DNA from: an uncultured Clostridia bacterium
GTDB lineage: Bacteria > Bacillota > Clostridia > Christensenellales > Borkfalkiaceae
NCBI GenBank assembly: GCA_964521125.1
Contig: CAZFPP010000001.1
Coordinates: 12,439-76,438 of the forward strand
DNA length: 64,000 nt
Direction of reading: 5' to 3'
A program made the translations under genes and the position numbers. This document shows positions 27,216 through 37,231 of this stretch, one piece after another (the first letter of the stretch is position 1; the number at the start of each line of letters is the position of its first letter). The notes below the pieces were generated by a model. That model was given only the letters and a program-made list of their open reading frames with translations. It had not been told where the DNA came from and made no database searches.

Positions 27216-28412
27216 ATGCAAAGAAAAAAGGAATGCGTTGCGATGTTGCTTGCGGGCGGACAGGGTAGCCGACTGTACGCGCTCACGAATAAGATCGCAA
27301 AACCTGCGGTAGCGTTCGGTGCGAAATATCGTATTATTGATTTCCCGCTTAGTAATTGTATCAATTCGGGAATCGATACGGTAGGGGTACTCACGCAATA
27401 TGAACCGCTTGAACTAAACGAATATATCGGTAACGGTCAACCTTGGGATCTTGACCGTGCTTTCGGAGGAGTACATATTCTTTCGCCTTATCAGGCAAAG
27501 CAAAAATCCTCTTGGTTTGAAGGTACGGCGAACGCGATTTATCAGAATATGAGTTTCATGAAGAAATATAATCCCGACTATGTGCTTATTCTTTCCGGGG
27601 ATCATATTTATAAGATGAATTATGCCGAAATGTTGAAGAGCCACATTGCTACGGGTGCGGACTGTACGATTGCAGCAATTGAAGTGCCTTTAAAGGAAGC
27701 TTCACGTTTCGGAATCCTTAACACGAATCCGGACGGTTCCATATATCAGTTTGAGGAGAAACCCAAGGTTCCTAAGAGCAATTTAGCATCCATGGGAATT
27801 TATATTTTTACGGCTGAGAAATTATTCAAATATCTGGAAGAGGACGATGCGAATCCTAATTCGAGCAAAGATTTCGGAAAAGACGTTTTACCTACGATGC
27901 TCAATGCCGGAGAAAAGATGTTCTCTTATAAGTTTAGCGGTTATTGGAAGGACGTCGGTACAATTTCTTCGCTTTGGGAATCCAACATGGATCTGCTTGG
28001 TGACGAACCCGCATTCGATGTGGGCGACCCCGGTTGGAAGATCCATTCTCGCAACCCGCTTGCCCCGCCCGAATATATCGGAGAAAATGCAAAAGTGGGA
28101 AATTCAATGATCGCACTCGGTTGTGAGGTTGAAGGAACGGTGGAAAATTCAATTCTTGCAAGCAATGTCGTAGTTGAAGAAGGCGCGATTGTCAAAGACA
28201 GCGTGATTATGGCCGGCACAGTTGTGAAAAAAGGTGCGGTTGTCAATTATTCCATCATTGACGAGAATGTCGTTGTGGAAGAAAACGCGAAAGTCGGTGC
28301 GGATATTGCGGAAAATGCAGGGATTGCCGTGCTTGGAAGAGGCATCACGATCGGAAAAGCTGCGTGTGTTGAGGGTGGTAAAATTTTAGATAAGGATTAC
28401 AAGGGGGAATAA
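27216..28412 (+). CDS. glgC: glucose-1-phosphate adenylyltransferase
   Basis: [44 protein letters not shown] is the GlgC signature. Confidence 0.95.
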   Translation: MQRKKECVAMLLAGGQGSRLYALTNKIAKPAVAFGAKYRIIDFPLSNCINSGIDTVGVLTQYEPLELNEYIGNGQPWDLDRAFGGVHILSPYQAKQKSSWFEGTANAIYQNMSFMKKYNPDYVLILSGDHIYKMNYAEMLKSHIATGADCTIAAIEVPLKEASRFGILNTNPDGSIYQFEEKPKVPKSNLASMGIYIFTAEKLFKYLEEDDANPNSSKDFGKDVLPTMLNAGEKMFSYKFSGYWKDVGTISSLWESNMDLLGDEPAFDVGDPGWKIHSRNPLAPPEYIGENAKVGNSMIALGCEVEGTVENSILASNVVVEEGAIVKDSVIMAGTVVKKGAVVNYSIIDENVVVEENAKVGADIAENAGIAVLGRGITIGKAACVEGGKILDKDYKGE

Positions 28413-28416
28413 TATC

Positions 28417-29532
28417 ATGGCGAATTCAACGGTAGGAGTCATTTTTTCTAATATACACGACAATAATATTCCGGAACTCTCCCGTCATCGTACGATGGCG
28501 TCCATTCCTTACGGAGGGCGATATCGTCTAATCGATTTTGCACTCTCAAATATGGTGAATTCCGGTATCACAACGGTGGGAATCGTCACCAAAAATAACT
28601 ATCAGTCGCTTATCGATCATCTTGGAAGCGGGAAAGACTGGGATCTTGCAAGAAAAGACGGTGGAATTATTTTATTACCTCCGTATTCCGATGAGACTGA
28701 CGCGCCTTATACAACGCGATTGGAAGCTCTTAAAGGGATTACAGGTTTCCTGAATCACAGAAAGGAGGAATACGTTGTTGTATCCGATTGTGATGGGGTA
28801 GCGCATATCGATATATCGGATATTGTACAGTATCACGTTGATAAACATGCGGATATTACGATGGTATATCATGAAGAGGAAGAAGTCGATTCCTCCTATT
28901 ATATCACATTGCAACCCGATGAAACGGGCAGAATCCGCGGACTGAAAATCAATCCAGACATAAAGAAAGAAGATAAGATAAATCTTTACGTCAATATTAT
29001 GGTGATTAACCGCGAATTCCTGATCAATATTATTCAGGATGCGGTGACGAGAGGACTTTCCAGTTTCGGACGGGATATTCTTGTAAAAAATATTGATACT
29101 TTAAAAGTTTATGGTTATAAGCTTAACGGTTATTACGCAGGAATTAATTCGTTGCCGGAATATTATAAACACAGTATGCAGTTGCTTTGTAAAGACGTAC
29201 GTAGTGAGCTTTTCGGAGAACGTGATATTTATACGAAAGTTCGCGATTCCGCGCCTTCCAAATATATTGACGGGGCTTCGGTAAAAGGCTCACTCGTTTC
29301 CGACGGTTGCTTGATTGAAGGGACGGTAGAAAACAGCATACTTTTCCGTGGCGTGAAAGTCGGAAAGGGCAGTGTAATTCGGAATTCAATCATTATGCAG
29401 GATACTGTGATAGGTACGGGAGTGCAGCTTGATTGCGTTATTACCGATAAAAATGTCGTCATACGCGACAGGCGTCATCTTGCGGGTTGTGAAATATTAC
29501 CGTATTTTATTGCGAAGGGAAGAATGATATAA
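28417..29532 (+). CDS. glgD: glucose-1-phosphate adenylyltransferase regulatory subunit
   Basis: 371-aa GlgC paralogue lacking the GGxGxR loop (VIFSNIHDNNIPELSRHRTMASIPYGGRYRLIDFALSN). Sits in the Firmicute glgC-glgD position. Confidence 0.88.
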   Translation: MANSTVGVIFSNIHDNNIPELSRHRTMASIPYGGRYRLIDFALSNMVNSGITTVGIVTKNNYQSLIDHLGSGKDWDLARKDGGIILLPPYSDETDAPYTTRLEALKGITGFLNHRKEEYVVVSDCDGVAHIDISDIVQYHVDKHADITMVYHEEEEVDSSYYITLQPDETGRIRGLKINPDIKKEDKINLYVNIMVINREFLINIIQDAVTRGLSSFGRDILVKNIDTLKVYGYKLNGYYAGINSLPEYYKHSMQLLCKDVRSELFGERDIYTKVRDSAPSKYIDGASVKGSLVSDGCLIEGTVENSILFRGVKVGKGSVIRNSIIMQDTVIGTGVQLDCVITDKNVVIRDRRHLAGCEILPYFIAKGRMI

Positions 29533-29578
29533 TTTTTTGTGCATAAGCAATAGCGAAAAAGGATAAGGGGGAATCATT

Positions 29579-31177
29579 ATGAGTAACACAACGACAGGAA
29601 CAAAAAAGACTACAACAAAGAAAGGAACCGAAACAAATAAGGTAAAAGCGGTAACAGACGAGATGAAGAAAGAAACCATCGTAGAGGATGTTGAAGTCGT
29701 AGAAGCGGTGCAGACGACAGAAGCGGAGTGTGCTCCCGAAATTACGGTTGAAGCAAAGAAGAAATTACTGTTCGTTGCTTCCGAAGCGGCGCCCTTCATT
29801 GCAACGGGCGGGCTTGCCGAGGTGATTGGTTCTCTTTCCAAAGCGCTTGCCAAAAATGAGAATTATGACGTGCGCGTGATTATTCCGCTTTATCAAGATA
29901 TAAAGAAAGAGTATCGCAAAGATTTTCGGTTCGTGGGAAATATTTTCGTTCCGTTGTCTTGGAGAAATCAATATTGCGGCATTTTTGAATATGTAAAAGA
30001 TAACGTAACGTTCTATTTCGTTGATAATGAGTATTATTTTAAACGTCCCGGATGCTACGGATATTACGATGACGGCGAGCGTTTCGCGTTTTTCTGTCGC
30101 AGCGTGATGGAAATAATCGGTTTCCTGAACTTTTATCCCGACATTCTCCATTGCCATGATTGGCAGGCGGCGCTTGCCGCGCTCTACCTCAAAACAATTT
30201 ATTGTTTCCGTCCCGAATATCAATTCATCAAAGCGGTGTTTACGATCCACAATATCGAGTATCAAGGGAAATACTCCCTGGACATTTTGGAAGATCTTTT
30301 TGGGATTTCCTATCGCTATCAATATCTGGTAGAATATGATCGTTGTATAAACCTGATGAAGGGCGCAATTGAGTGTTGCGAACAGTTTACGACGGTCAGT
30401 CCGTCTTATGCGGGAGAGATCAAAGATCCGTATTATGCACATGGACTGGATGGAATTATTCGTCGCAACGAGTTCAAACTCTGCGGAATTTTGAACGGTA
30501 TTGATCCCGATTATTACAATCCCGAAACAGATAAGGCGCTTTTTGCCAATTACAGTGCAGAAAATCCGACTCCTAAATCAATATGCAAAGAAGAATTGCA
30601 GCGTATGCTCAATCTTCCCGTAAAGCCGGATACGCCCATTATCGCTATGATTTCCCGTCTTGTCTCCCATAAGGGGCTCGATCTCGTCAAAGAAGTGATC
30701 GAACAGGTGTTGCGTCAGGACGTTCAATTCGTACTTCTCGGAACGGGCGATTCCATGTACGAGAACTACTTTGCCGATCTTGGAAGAAGATATCAAGGGA
30801 AAGTGGTGTCGGTGATTTCATTTAATTCCGATTTATCAAGGAAGATATATTCAGGTGCAGATCTGTTCTTGATGCCGAGTAAAAGTGAACCTTGCGGTCT
30901 TTCGCAAATGATCGCGTCCCGTTACGGCACGGTTGCGATCGTGCGCGAGACGGGCGGACTTCGCGACAGTATCACGCCTTACGGCGCAGGCGGAAACGGA
31001 TTCACGTTCCGTGACTATAACGCTTATGATATGTTATATGTCATCAATTCCGCAATCGGCGTGTATCACAACAAGGATGAATGGGGCAAATTAGTCAAAA
31101 AAGCTATGACGACCGATTTCTCCTGGGCGAAATCCGCGAAGTATTATGAAGGATTGTATGCAGGATTGATCAAATAA
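29579..31177 (+). CDS. glgA: glycogen synthase (GT5) with a ~60-aa low-complexity N-terminal extension
   Basis: The conserved start region KLLFVASEAAPFIATGGLAEV begins only at residue ~62. ATG at 29579 lies 7 nt after GGGGGA. No in-frame ATG/GTG/TTG lies just upstream of the conserved core. Confidence 0.92.
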   Translation: MSNTTTGTKKTTTKKGTETNKVKAVTDEMKKETIVEDVEVVEAVQTTEAECAPEITVEAKKKLLFVASEAAPFIATGGLAEVIGSLSKALAKNENYDVRVIIPLYQDIKKEYRKDFRFVGNIFVPLSWRNQYCGIFEYVKDNVTFYFVDNEYYFKRPGCYGYYDDGERFAFFCRSVMEIIGFLNFYPDILHCHDWQAALAALYLKTIYCFRPEYQFIKAVFTIHNIEYQGKYSLDILEDLFGISYRYQYLVEYDRCINLMKGAIECCEQFTTVSPSYAGEIKDPYYAHGLDGIIRRNEFKLCGILNGIDPDYYNPETDKALFANYSAENPTPKSICKEELQRMLNLPVKPDTPIIAMISRLVSHKGLDLVKEVIEQVLRQDVQFVLLGTGDSMYENYFADLGRRYQGKVVSVISFNSDLSRKIYSGADLFLMPSKSEPCGLSQMIASRYGTVAIVRETGGLRDSITPYGAGGNGFTFRDYNAYDMLYVINSAIGVYHNKDEWGKLVKKAMTTDFSWAKSAKYYEGLYAGLIK

Positions 31178-31211
31178 TCACATATAAATTAATGGAGTTT
31201 CATATAGACTA

Positions 31212-33638
31212 ATGAGTAATTTAACGCAACAGGAAGCACAGCAGTTGATCGACGGAAAACTTTCCCGTTATTTCGGGGTAAGTCCCGCCGAAGCAACGCG
31301 AGAGCAGGTATATAAAGCTGTTGTTATGAGCGTGAGAGATATCATGCTTGAAAAACGTCAGCAGTTTCACCTGAAAACCAAAAGTGCACGCGCAAAACGC
31401 GTGTACTATCTTTGCATGGAATTCTTGATGGGGAGATCCCTCAAGAACAGCGTTTATAATCTTGGAATCGGCGACGCGATTGAAGGAGCTTTGAAACAAT
31501 ATAAGCTCACATTGGAGGATCTTTACGAAGAAGAACCTGATGCAGGTTTGGGAAACGGAGGTTTAGGACGGTTAGCGGCTTGTTTTTTAGACGGACTTGC
31601 GACACAGAATTATCCCGCAATGGGATTCTCCATTTTATATCAATATGGTCTGTTTAAGCAGAAAATCATTGACGGTTGGCAAATCGAATTGCCTGATATT
31701 TGGCTTCCCGGCGGGGAATGTTGGCTGACGCAACGCAGTGACAAACAGTTTATTGTTAAATTTGACGGTGAAATTGAAGAGCACTGGACAGATCACGGTA
31801 TGGAAACAATATACCGTAATGCAAAAGAAGTTGAGGCAACGGCATATGATATGATGGTGTCCGGAGCGGATTCCCAAGCAGTCAGCGTACTCAGGCTTTG
31901 GCGTTCGCGTGCCGTGCAGAAGTTCGACATGAAGCTGTTTTCGCAGGGAAACTATGAAGAAGTGATGCGTGAGGATAGCGAAGCGGAACTTATTTCCAAA
32001 GTGCTTTATCCTTCCGATAATCACAATGAAGGAAAGTCTTTGCGGTTAAAGCAACAATATTTTCTTGTTTCTGCTTCTTTACAATGTATCGTATATGATC
32101 ATAAGCGCAGATACGGATCGCTTTCTTTGCTTCCGCAGTTGGCGGCGATCCATATCAACGACACGCATCCCGCGCTTGCAATTCCGGAACTCATGCGTAT
32201 TCTTGTTGATGAAAATTATTTCAGTTGGGATATTGCTTGGAATATTACGACGGCAACGTGCGCTTATACGAATCATACCGTTATGTCCGAAGCGCTTGAA
32301 ACGTGGTCGGAAGATTTGATCGCGCGCCGTCTTCCCCGTATCTATAATATTCTGAAAGAAATCAACCGCCGTTTCTGCGAAGATCTATGGCAGAGATTCC
32401 CCGGCGATTGGGCGAAAATTTCGCGTATGGCGATTATGTCAAACAATACCATTCGCATGGCGAACCTTTGCGTAGCGGGTTCGCACAGCGTCAACGGCGT
32501 GTCCGAATTGCATAGCCGTATCATTAAAGAGAGTATTTTTAAAGATTTTTATGATTATTCTCCGGAAAAATTTACCAATGTCACGAACGGTATCGCTCAC
32601 AGGCGGTGGCTGAATCAATCCAATCCCGAGCTTTGCGAATTAATCACCGACTGTATCGGAGACGGCTATGCTAAAGACGCGTCAAAACTGTCTGACCTCA
32701 AAAAGTTCGCCGAAGATGACAGCGTTTTGAAACGTCTCGCGGAGATCAAACGCATCAAAAAAGTGCAGTTTTCCGATTATGTGAAGAAACAGCAGGGCGT
32801 TGTAATTGATCCCGACACGATATTTGACGTTCAGGCAAAGCGTCTTCACGAGTACAAACGGCAGCTTTTGAATGTTTTGCACATCATTGCGGATTATAAC
32901 GCATTGAGAGCAAATCCGGACCTTGATATGCAACCTAAAACGTATATTTTCGGCGCCAAAGCCGCTGCAGGATATGATATGGCGAAGCAGATCATCAAGC
33001 TCATCTGTTTCCTTGCGGAAGATATCAGAAAAAATCCGAAAATTTCCGAAAAATTAAACGTCGTATTTATTGAAAATTATAACGTCACAATGTCGGAAAA
33101 ACTTATGCCGGCTTCGGAAATTTCCGAACAGATTTCGCTTGCGGGAAAAGAGGCGAGCGGCACCGGAAACATGAAATTTATGATTAACGGCGCGCTTACA
33201 ATCGGTACTTTGGACGGAGCAAACGTCGAAATGCAGGAACGCGTCGGAAACGATAATATCTTTATTTTCGGTTTGAACGCACAGGAAGTAAATGAAATCT
33301 GGCAACGAGGATATAATTCCAGCGCTTACTACAATCAGGATCATGCTTTACGCAATATTGTAGAATCGTTGATCGTCGGATATAACGGGACGTCGTTTGC
33401 CGATATCGGTAATTATTTGTTGCGCCGTTCACCGGTTTCCGATCCGTATATGTGTTTTGCGGATTTTGAGTCGTATGTACAGACTCAGAACGTGATGTCC
33501 GAGCTATATCGTTCCGATAAGAAATCTTGGAATCGAAAATCGCTTTGCAATATAGCAGCGGCCGGATATTTCTCGGCGGATAGAAGTATACAGGATTATA
33601 CAAAAAATATTTGGAACTTGAAGCCAATCAACAAATAA
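31212..33638 (+). CDS. glgP: glycogen/maltodextrin phosphorylase (GT35)
   Basis: 808-aa ORF with EPDAGLGNGGLGRLAAC and the PLP-lysine region EASGTGNMKFMINGALTIGTLDGANVE. Confidence 0.95.
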   Translation: MSNLTQQEAQQLIDGKLSRYFGVSPAEATREQVYKAVVMSVRDIMLEKRQQFHLKTKSARAKRVYYLCMEFLMGRSLKNSVYNLGIGDAIEGALKQYKLTLEDLYEEEPDAGLGNGGLGRLAACFLDGLATQNYPAMGFSILYQYGLFKQKIIDGWQIELPDIWLPGGECWLTQRSDKQFIVKFDGEIEEHWTDHGMETIYRNAKEVEATAYDMMVSGADSQAVSVLRLWRSRAVQKFDMKLFSQGNYEEVMREDSEAELISKVLYPSDNHNEGKSLRLKQQYFLVSASLQCIVYDHKRRYGSLSLLPQLAAIHINDTHPALAIPELMRILVDENYFSWDIAWNITTATCAYTNHTVMSEALETWSEDLIARRLPRIYNILKEINRRFCEDLWQRFPGDWAKISRMAIMSNNTIRMANLCVAGSHSVNGVSELHSRIIKESIFKDFYDYSPEKFTNVTNGIAHRRWLNQSNPELCELITDCIGDGYAKDASKLSDLKKFAEDDSVLKRLAEIKRIKKVQFSDYVKKQQGVVIDPDTIFDVQAKRLHEYKRQLLNVLHIIADYNALRANPDLDMQPKTYIFGAKAAAGYDMAKQIIKLICFLAEDIRKNPKISEKLNVVFIENYNVTMSEKLMPASEISEQISLAGKEASGTGNMKFMINGALTIGTLDGANVEMQERVGNDNIFIFGLNAQEVNEIWQRGYNSSAYYNQDHALRNIVESLIVGYNGTSFADIGNYLLRRSPVSDPYMCFADFESYVQTQNVMSELYRSDKKSWNRKSLCNIAAAGYFSADRSIQDYTKNIWNLKPINK

Positions 33639-33677
33639 AATGGCGCAATAATGGATGCATACAGATAAAGTTTAGGT

Positions 33678-35507
33678 ATGAAATTATATTATAACCCGTT
33701 AGACAAGGCTTGCAAAAGTCATATTGGCGCATTTCCGCAAGAAAGCGTCATCACCTTGAACGTCTATAAACACAAGGAACACAGCGGAGAAGACGACTTC
33801 TCCGCTGAGGTTTGTAATTTAGTTTTGTTTCGTGACGGTCACACCGTTCGTTATTACCAAATGCGCATAACGGAAAACGGTTGGTCGATATCATTAAAAT
33901 TTCACAAAACAGGTCTTTATTTCTATTATTTCAAAATCGGCGGTCAATATCTGATTTGCGGCAATCTCAGAGAAGGCGTGATTACGGAAAGTAATCCCGT
34001 CAGTTGGCAATTGACCGTTTACGACGAAGACTATACGACGCCCGAATGGTTCAAGGGGGGAATCATGTATCAGATTTTTCCCGATCGATTCCATAAATCC
34101 GGTGATTATCCCGTTGCGGAAGGAAAAATCCTGCGGAAATGGGGAGAAACGCCTTATTTCCGCGCAAATGAACGTGGAAAAATTCTGAATAATGACTTTT
34201 TCGGCGGGAATTTTAACGGAGTACGGGAAAAACTCGGATATCTCAAATCGCTTGGCGTAAACGTGATCTATTTTAATCCGGTATTCGAAGCATATTCTAA
34301 CCACCGTTACGACACCGCAGATTATACAAAGATTGATCCGTTACTGGGCACGGAACAAGACTTTGATTTGCTTGTTTCCGACGCCGAAAAATTGGGAATT
34401 CGCATTATCTTGGATGGCGTGTTTAATCACACCGGGGCGGATAGCCGGTATTTCAATCGGGAAGGTCATTACTCCGATGTCGGAGCTTATCAGTCAAAGC
34501 AATCTCCTTATGCAGATTGGTATACGTTTCACAATTTCCCGAATATTTATGACAGTTGGTGGGGAATCGAAACGCTACCGTCTATCAACGAAAGTTCGTT
34601 GTCATATCAAGATTTTGTCTTCGGGCAAAACGGTGTCATTAAGATGTGGCTTAAACATGGAATCGGCGGATACCGCCTGGATGTTGCAGACGAATTACCC
34701 GATTTTTTCTTGAAAAAATTACGCGACGCCGTAAAAGAGGAAAATCCCGATGCGCTCATTTTAGGAGAAGTTTGGGAGGATGCCTCCAATAAAATTGCTT
34801 ACGGAATCAGACGGGAATATTTTCAGGGACACGAGCTTGACAGCGTGATGAATTATCCGTTAAAAGATGCCATTATCAGTTACGTGATGACGGGAAATAC
34901 CGTGCAACTGCGCACGACAATCCAAATGCTGATTGATAATTATCCCAAAACTGTGCTCGACAGCGTAATGAATATTCTCGGGACGCATGATACTGTTCGA
35001 ATTTTGACGGTTTTAGGAGGAAAGACTTGTAAAGATCGGGAAGAAATGGCGGTCACGTCACTCTCTGAAAACGAAAAAAAAGAAGCGAAAAATAAATTGA
35101 AAATGGCAGCTGTGTTGCAGTATACGCTTCCAGGTGTTCCTTGTATTTACTACGGGGACGAAATCGGCATGGAAGGTTATTCCGATCCGTTCTGCCGTGC
35201 TTGTTTTAATTGGGAGACTCCTGACGTCGAATTAACGGAATTTTATAAGAAATTGGGAGAAATTCGTAGCGGCATTTTGTTTCATGTTTTTCGTGACGGC
35301 GAATATCGGGAAGTATTTACAGATTATTCCTGTTTGGTTTTTGAGAGACATTCTCAATATGGGAATGCTTATGTATATGTGAATCATTCCGAAAATCAAT
35401 ATAAAATCAATTTTCAAGGAAGATTTAAAGAACATATCAGCGGAAATGTATTTCACGATAAACTTTATATCGCCGCACATTCTTATGGTATCATTTCTCG
35501 GGTGTAA
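33678..35507 (+). CDS. GH13 alpha-amylase family enzyme (neopullulanase / maltogenic amylase-like, no signal peptide)
   Basis: GH13 regions I-IV are present: ILDGVFNHTG, GGYRLDVADELP, LILGEVWED, NILGTHDTVR. An N-terminal Ig-like domain precedes the catalytic barrel. Confidence 0.85.
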   Translation: MKLYYNPLDKACKSHIGAFPQESVITLNVYKHKEHSGEDDFSAEVCNLVLFRDGHTVRYYQMRITENGWSISLKFHKTGLYFYYFKIGGQYLICGNLREGVITESNPVSWQLTVYDEDYTTPEWFKGGIMYQIFPDRFHKSGDYPVAEGKILRKWGETPYFRANERGKILNNDFFGGNFNGVREKLGYLKSLGVNVIYFNPVFEAYSNHRYDTADYTKIDPLLGTEQDFDLLVSDAEKLGIRIILDGVFNHTGADSRYFNREGHYSDVGAYQSKQSPYADWYTFHNFPNIYDSWWGIETLPSINESSLSYQDFVFGQNGVIKMWLKHGIGGYRLDVADELPDFFLKKLRDAVKEENPDALILGEVWEDASNKIAYGIRREYFQGHELDSVMNYPLKDAIISYVMTGNTVQLRTTIQMLIDNYPKTVLDSVMNILGTHDTVRILTVLGGKTCKDREEMAVTSLSENEKKEAKNKLKMAAVLQYTLPGVPCIYYGDEIGMEGYSDPFCRACFNWETPDVELTEFYKKLGEIRSGILFHVFRDGEYREVFTDYSCLVFERHSQYGNAYVYVNHSENQYKINFQGRFKEHISGNVFHDKLYIAAHSYGIISRV

Positions 35508-35521
35508 ATTCCCGCATTGTT

Positions 35522-35549
35522 AAATCCCATTTTTATATGGGATTTTTTA
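35522..35549 (+). terminator. intrinsic terminator of the glg operon
   Basis: Perfect 9-bp stem AAATCCCAT / ATGGGATTT with loop TTTTAT, followed by a T-run. Confidence 0.75.
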
Positions 35550-35602
35550 TGTAATTTCCTAAATTACACGTGTTTTCACAATAACTATTCTTAAAATTAG
35601 GC

Positions 35603-35682
35603 TTTTGCGAATAGTTTGCTGTCTTTCCCCTATGTTAGTTTATTTTATTTGGAAGAAAATTTCCAATTAACTATTCGCAAAA
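35603..35682. repeat. perfect 14-bp inverted repeat flanking a 52-bp spacer, abutting the recombinase promoter
   Basis: TTTTGCGAATAGTT (35603-35616) and AACTATTCGCAAAA (35669-35682). A third partial copy AACTATTC lies at 35583-35590. Confidence 0.85.
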
Positions 35683-35711
35683 TTGACAAATCTTTGTTAT
35701 TTGTTTATAAT
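35683..35711 (+). promoter_or_regulatory. sigmaA-type promoter of the tyrosine recombinase gene (predicts a leaderless mRNA)
   Basis: TTGACA (35683-35688), 17-nt spacer, TATAAT (35706-35711). The ATG at 35718 lies 7 nt after the last -10 base, and there is no Shine-Dalgarno. Confidence 0.55.
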
Positions 35712-35717
35712 GACGGT

Positions 35718-36764
35718 ATGAAAGATTATTATCAGGAACGAAATCTTAAAAATTTGGATAGAATAGCCGAATTATTACATGATCTCCCCCATTTTTGCGA
35801 GGATTTTTTACGCGGAGTAGAAAATCGAACCAGTACGCTTACAAGACTCAATTATTGCTATGACCTTCGGATTTTTTTTGATTTTTTAACGAAAAAAAAG
35901 TTTCGCAATAAAGCTGTTTCGGATTTTACTCTTGAAGATTTAGAACGCGTTACCGATACCGATATCGAGATTTATTTAAGTTATCTGTCCAATTATTGTT
36001 TTCATGGAAAGCGTCTCTCCTGTAATGAGCGAGCAAAAGCTCGCAAGCTTTCCACCGTGCGTTCGATGTTTAAGTACTTGTTCAATAAGTCTCTGATTGA
36101 GGTAAATTATACCACAAAAGTTGCAACACCGAAATTGCATGAAAAAGAAATCATAAGGTTAGACTCACAAGAAGTCTCTTCTTTGCTGGATACGGCTGAG
36201 CTGGGAAACGGTTTATCCCGCCATGCAGACGGTTATCACGAAAAGACAAAGTTGCGCGATACGGCTATTCTCACCCTTTTCCTTGGTACGGGAATCCGTA
36301 TATCCGAACTTGTTGGGTTAGATAACGAAAGCATTAATTTTACAGATAATTCGTTTATTGTTACCAGAAAAGGCGGTAATAAAGCGATCTTATATTTTTC
36401 GGAAGAGGTTGGTGATGCTCTCGGTGCATATCTTGCGCAAAAGGAAGAAGATCCGCGTGTGCCGAAAGGAGAACATGCACTTTTCCTTTCTATGCAATAC
36501 AAACGTATTACCGTTCGCGCTGTAGAAAATCTTGTAAAAAAATATGCTAAAATTGTTGCGCCGCTTAAAAAAATTACGCCGCATAAGCTACGTTCTACGT
36601 ACGGCACCAGTCTCTATCGGGAGACGGGAGATATTTATATCGTCGCTGACGTCTTAGGACACAAGGATGTAAATACGACGCGTAAACATTATGCCGCGAT
36701 TACCGAGGATAACCGCCGTTCTGTTGCAAATGCAGTGCGTCTTCATAAAAAAGACGAGGATTAA
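35718..36764 (+). CDS. tyrosine site-specific recombinase (XerC/XerD/phage-integrase family)
   Basis: C-terminal catalytic region LGTGIRISEL (Arg) ... HKLRSTYGTSL ... LGHKDVNTTRKHYA (H-x-x-R ... Y). The track start at 35616 (TTG) lies upstream of the promoter and is rejected. Confidence 0.85.
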   Translation: MKDYYQERNLKNLDRIAELLHDLPHFCEDFLRGVENRTSTLTRLNYCYDLRIFFDFLTKKKFRNKAVSDFTLEDLERVTDTDIEIYLSYLSNYCFHGKRLSCNERAKARKLSTVRSMFKYLFNKSLIEVNYTTKVATPKLHEKEIIRLDSQEVSSLLDTAELGNGLSRHADGYHEKTKLRDTAILTLFLGTGIRISELVGLDNESINFTDNSFIVTRKGGNKAILYFSEEVGDALGAYLAQKEEDPRVPKGEHALFLSMQYKRITVRAVENLVKKYAKIVAPLKKITPHKLRSTYGTSLYRETGDIYIVADVLGHKDVNTTRKHYAAITEDNRRSVANAVRLHKKDED

Positions 36765-37026
36765 GACAAGGATAAAATGCCGCAAAAAAAAGAGACCGTC
36801 TATATCTACAGCCTATCCACGGTGTAAACGATATTCAAATACAAAAAGAGACGATTTCCTTGATTGAGGCGCAGAAACGGAATATGCGGGTACTATCCCC
36901 TTCCCAAACTGAATATTTCCACTCTCGATGAAAAGAAAGTGGTTGACGGCGATATCGTCGATTTACGCTAAAAATTTTTGAAAATTTCGAATAACTCAGT
37001 TTTATTATTGTAGCGCTATTACAAAA

Positions 37027-37215
37027 TTATTTTTGCTTGTAGTCCTCGGAGTTTGTAATAATTGCATCAATTTTGATACTTGCAAAATCCTTGATATCGA
37101 GACAATTTCCGCAATTATTACAAATTTTATTTGGGTCTAAATCGCAGATCTCGCACTCCATGCAGTTATCACATTCTTTGTTGTCGTCTAATATGCATCT
37201 TGTTCTGTTCATCAT
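37027..37215 (-). CDS. small cysteine-rich protein (8 Cys in 62 aa), function unknown
   Basis: MMNRTRCILDDNKECDNCMECEICDLDPNKICNNCGNCLD... gives CX7CX2CX2CX2C and CX2CX2C. RBS AAGAGG lies 5-8 nt upstream, and the gene has its own promoter. Confidence 0.6.
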   Translation of the reverse strand: MMNRTRCILDDNKECDNCMECEICDLDPNKICNNCGNCLDIKDFASIKIDAIITNSEDYKQK

Positions 37216-37231
37216 TCTAACCTCTTACACT

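Noticed and set aside
35603-35621. The left arm of the recombinase inverted repeat (GCGAATAGTTTGC), considered as a second LexA/Cheo box.
   Set aside because: Aligned to CGAAC-N4-GTTCG, it fails at the critical C5 and at the GTTC half-site. It is better explained as half of the 14-bp inverted repeat.
35617-35668. The 52-bp segment between the 14-bp inverted repeats, considered as a phase-variable invertible promoter switch for the adjacent recombinase.
   Set aside because: Known recombinase-driven invertible switches span roughly 150 bp or more. A 52-bp segment is probably too short to loop for synapsis, and I see no convincing outward-facing promoter inside it. I kept it only as a low-probability alternative in the finding.
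37027-37215. The Cys-rich 62-aa peptide, considered as a RiPP precursor (SCIFF, sactipeptide or ranthipeptide).
   Set aside because: No radical-SAM maturase, protease or exporter is adjacent. The neighbours are a recombinase and lexA. The sequence also lacks the SCIFF C-terminal GGCGECQTSCQSACK-type motif.
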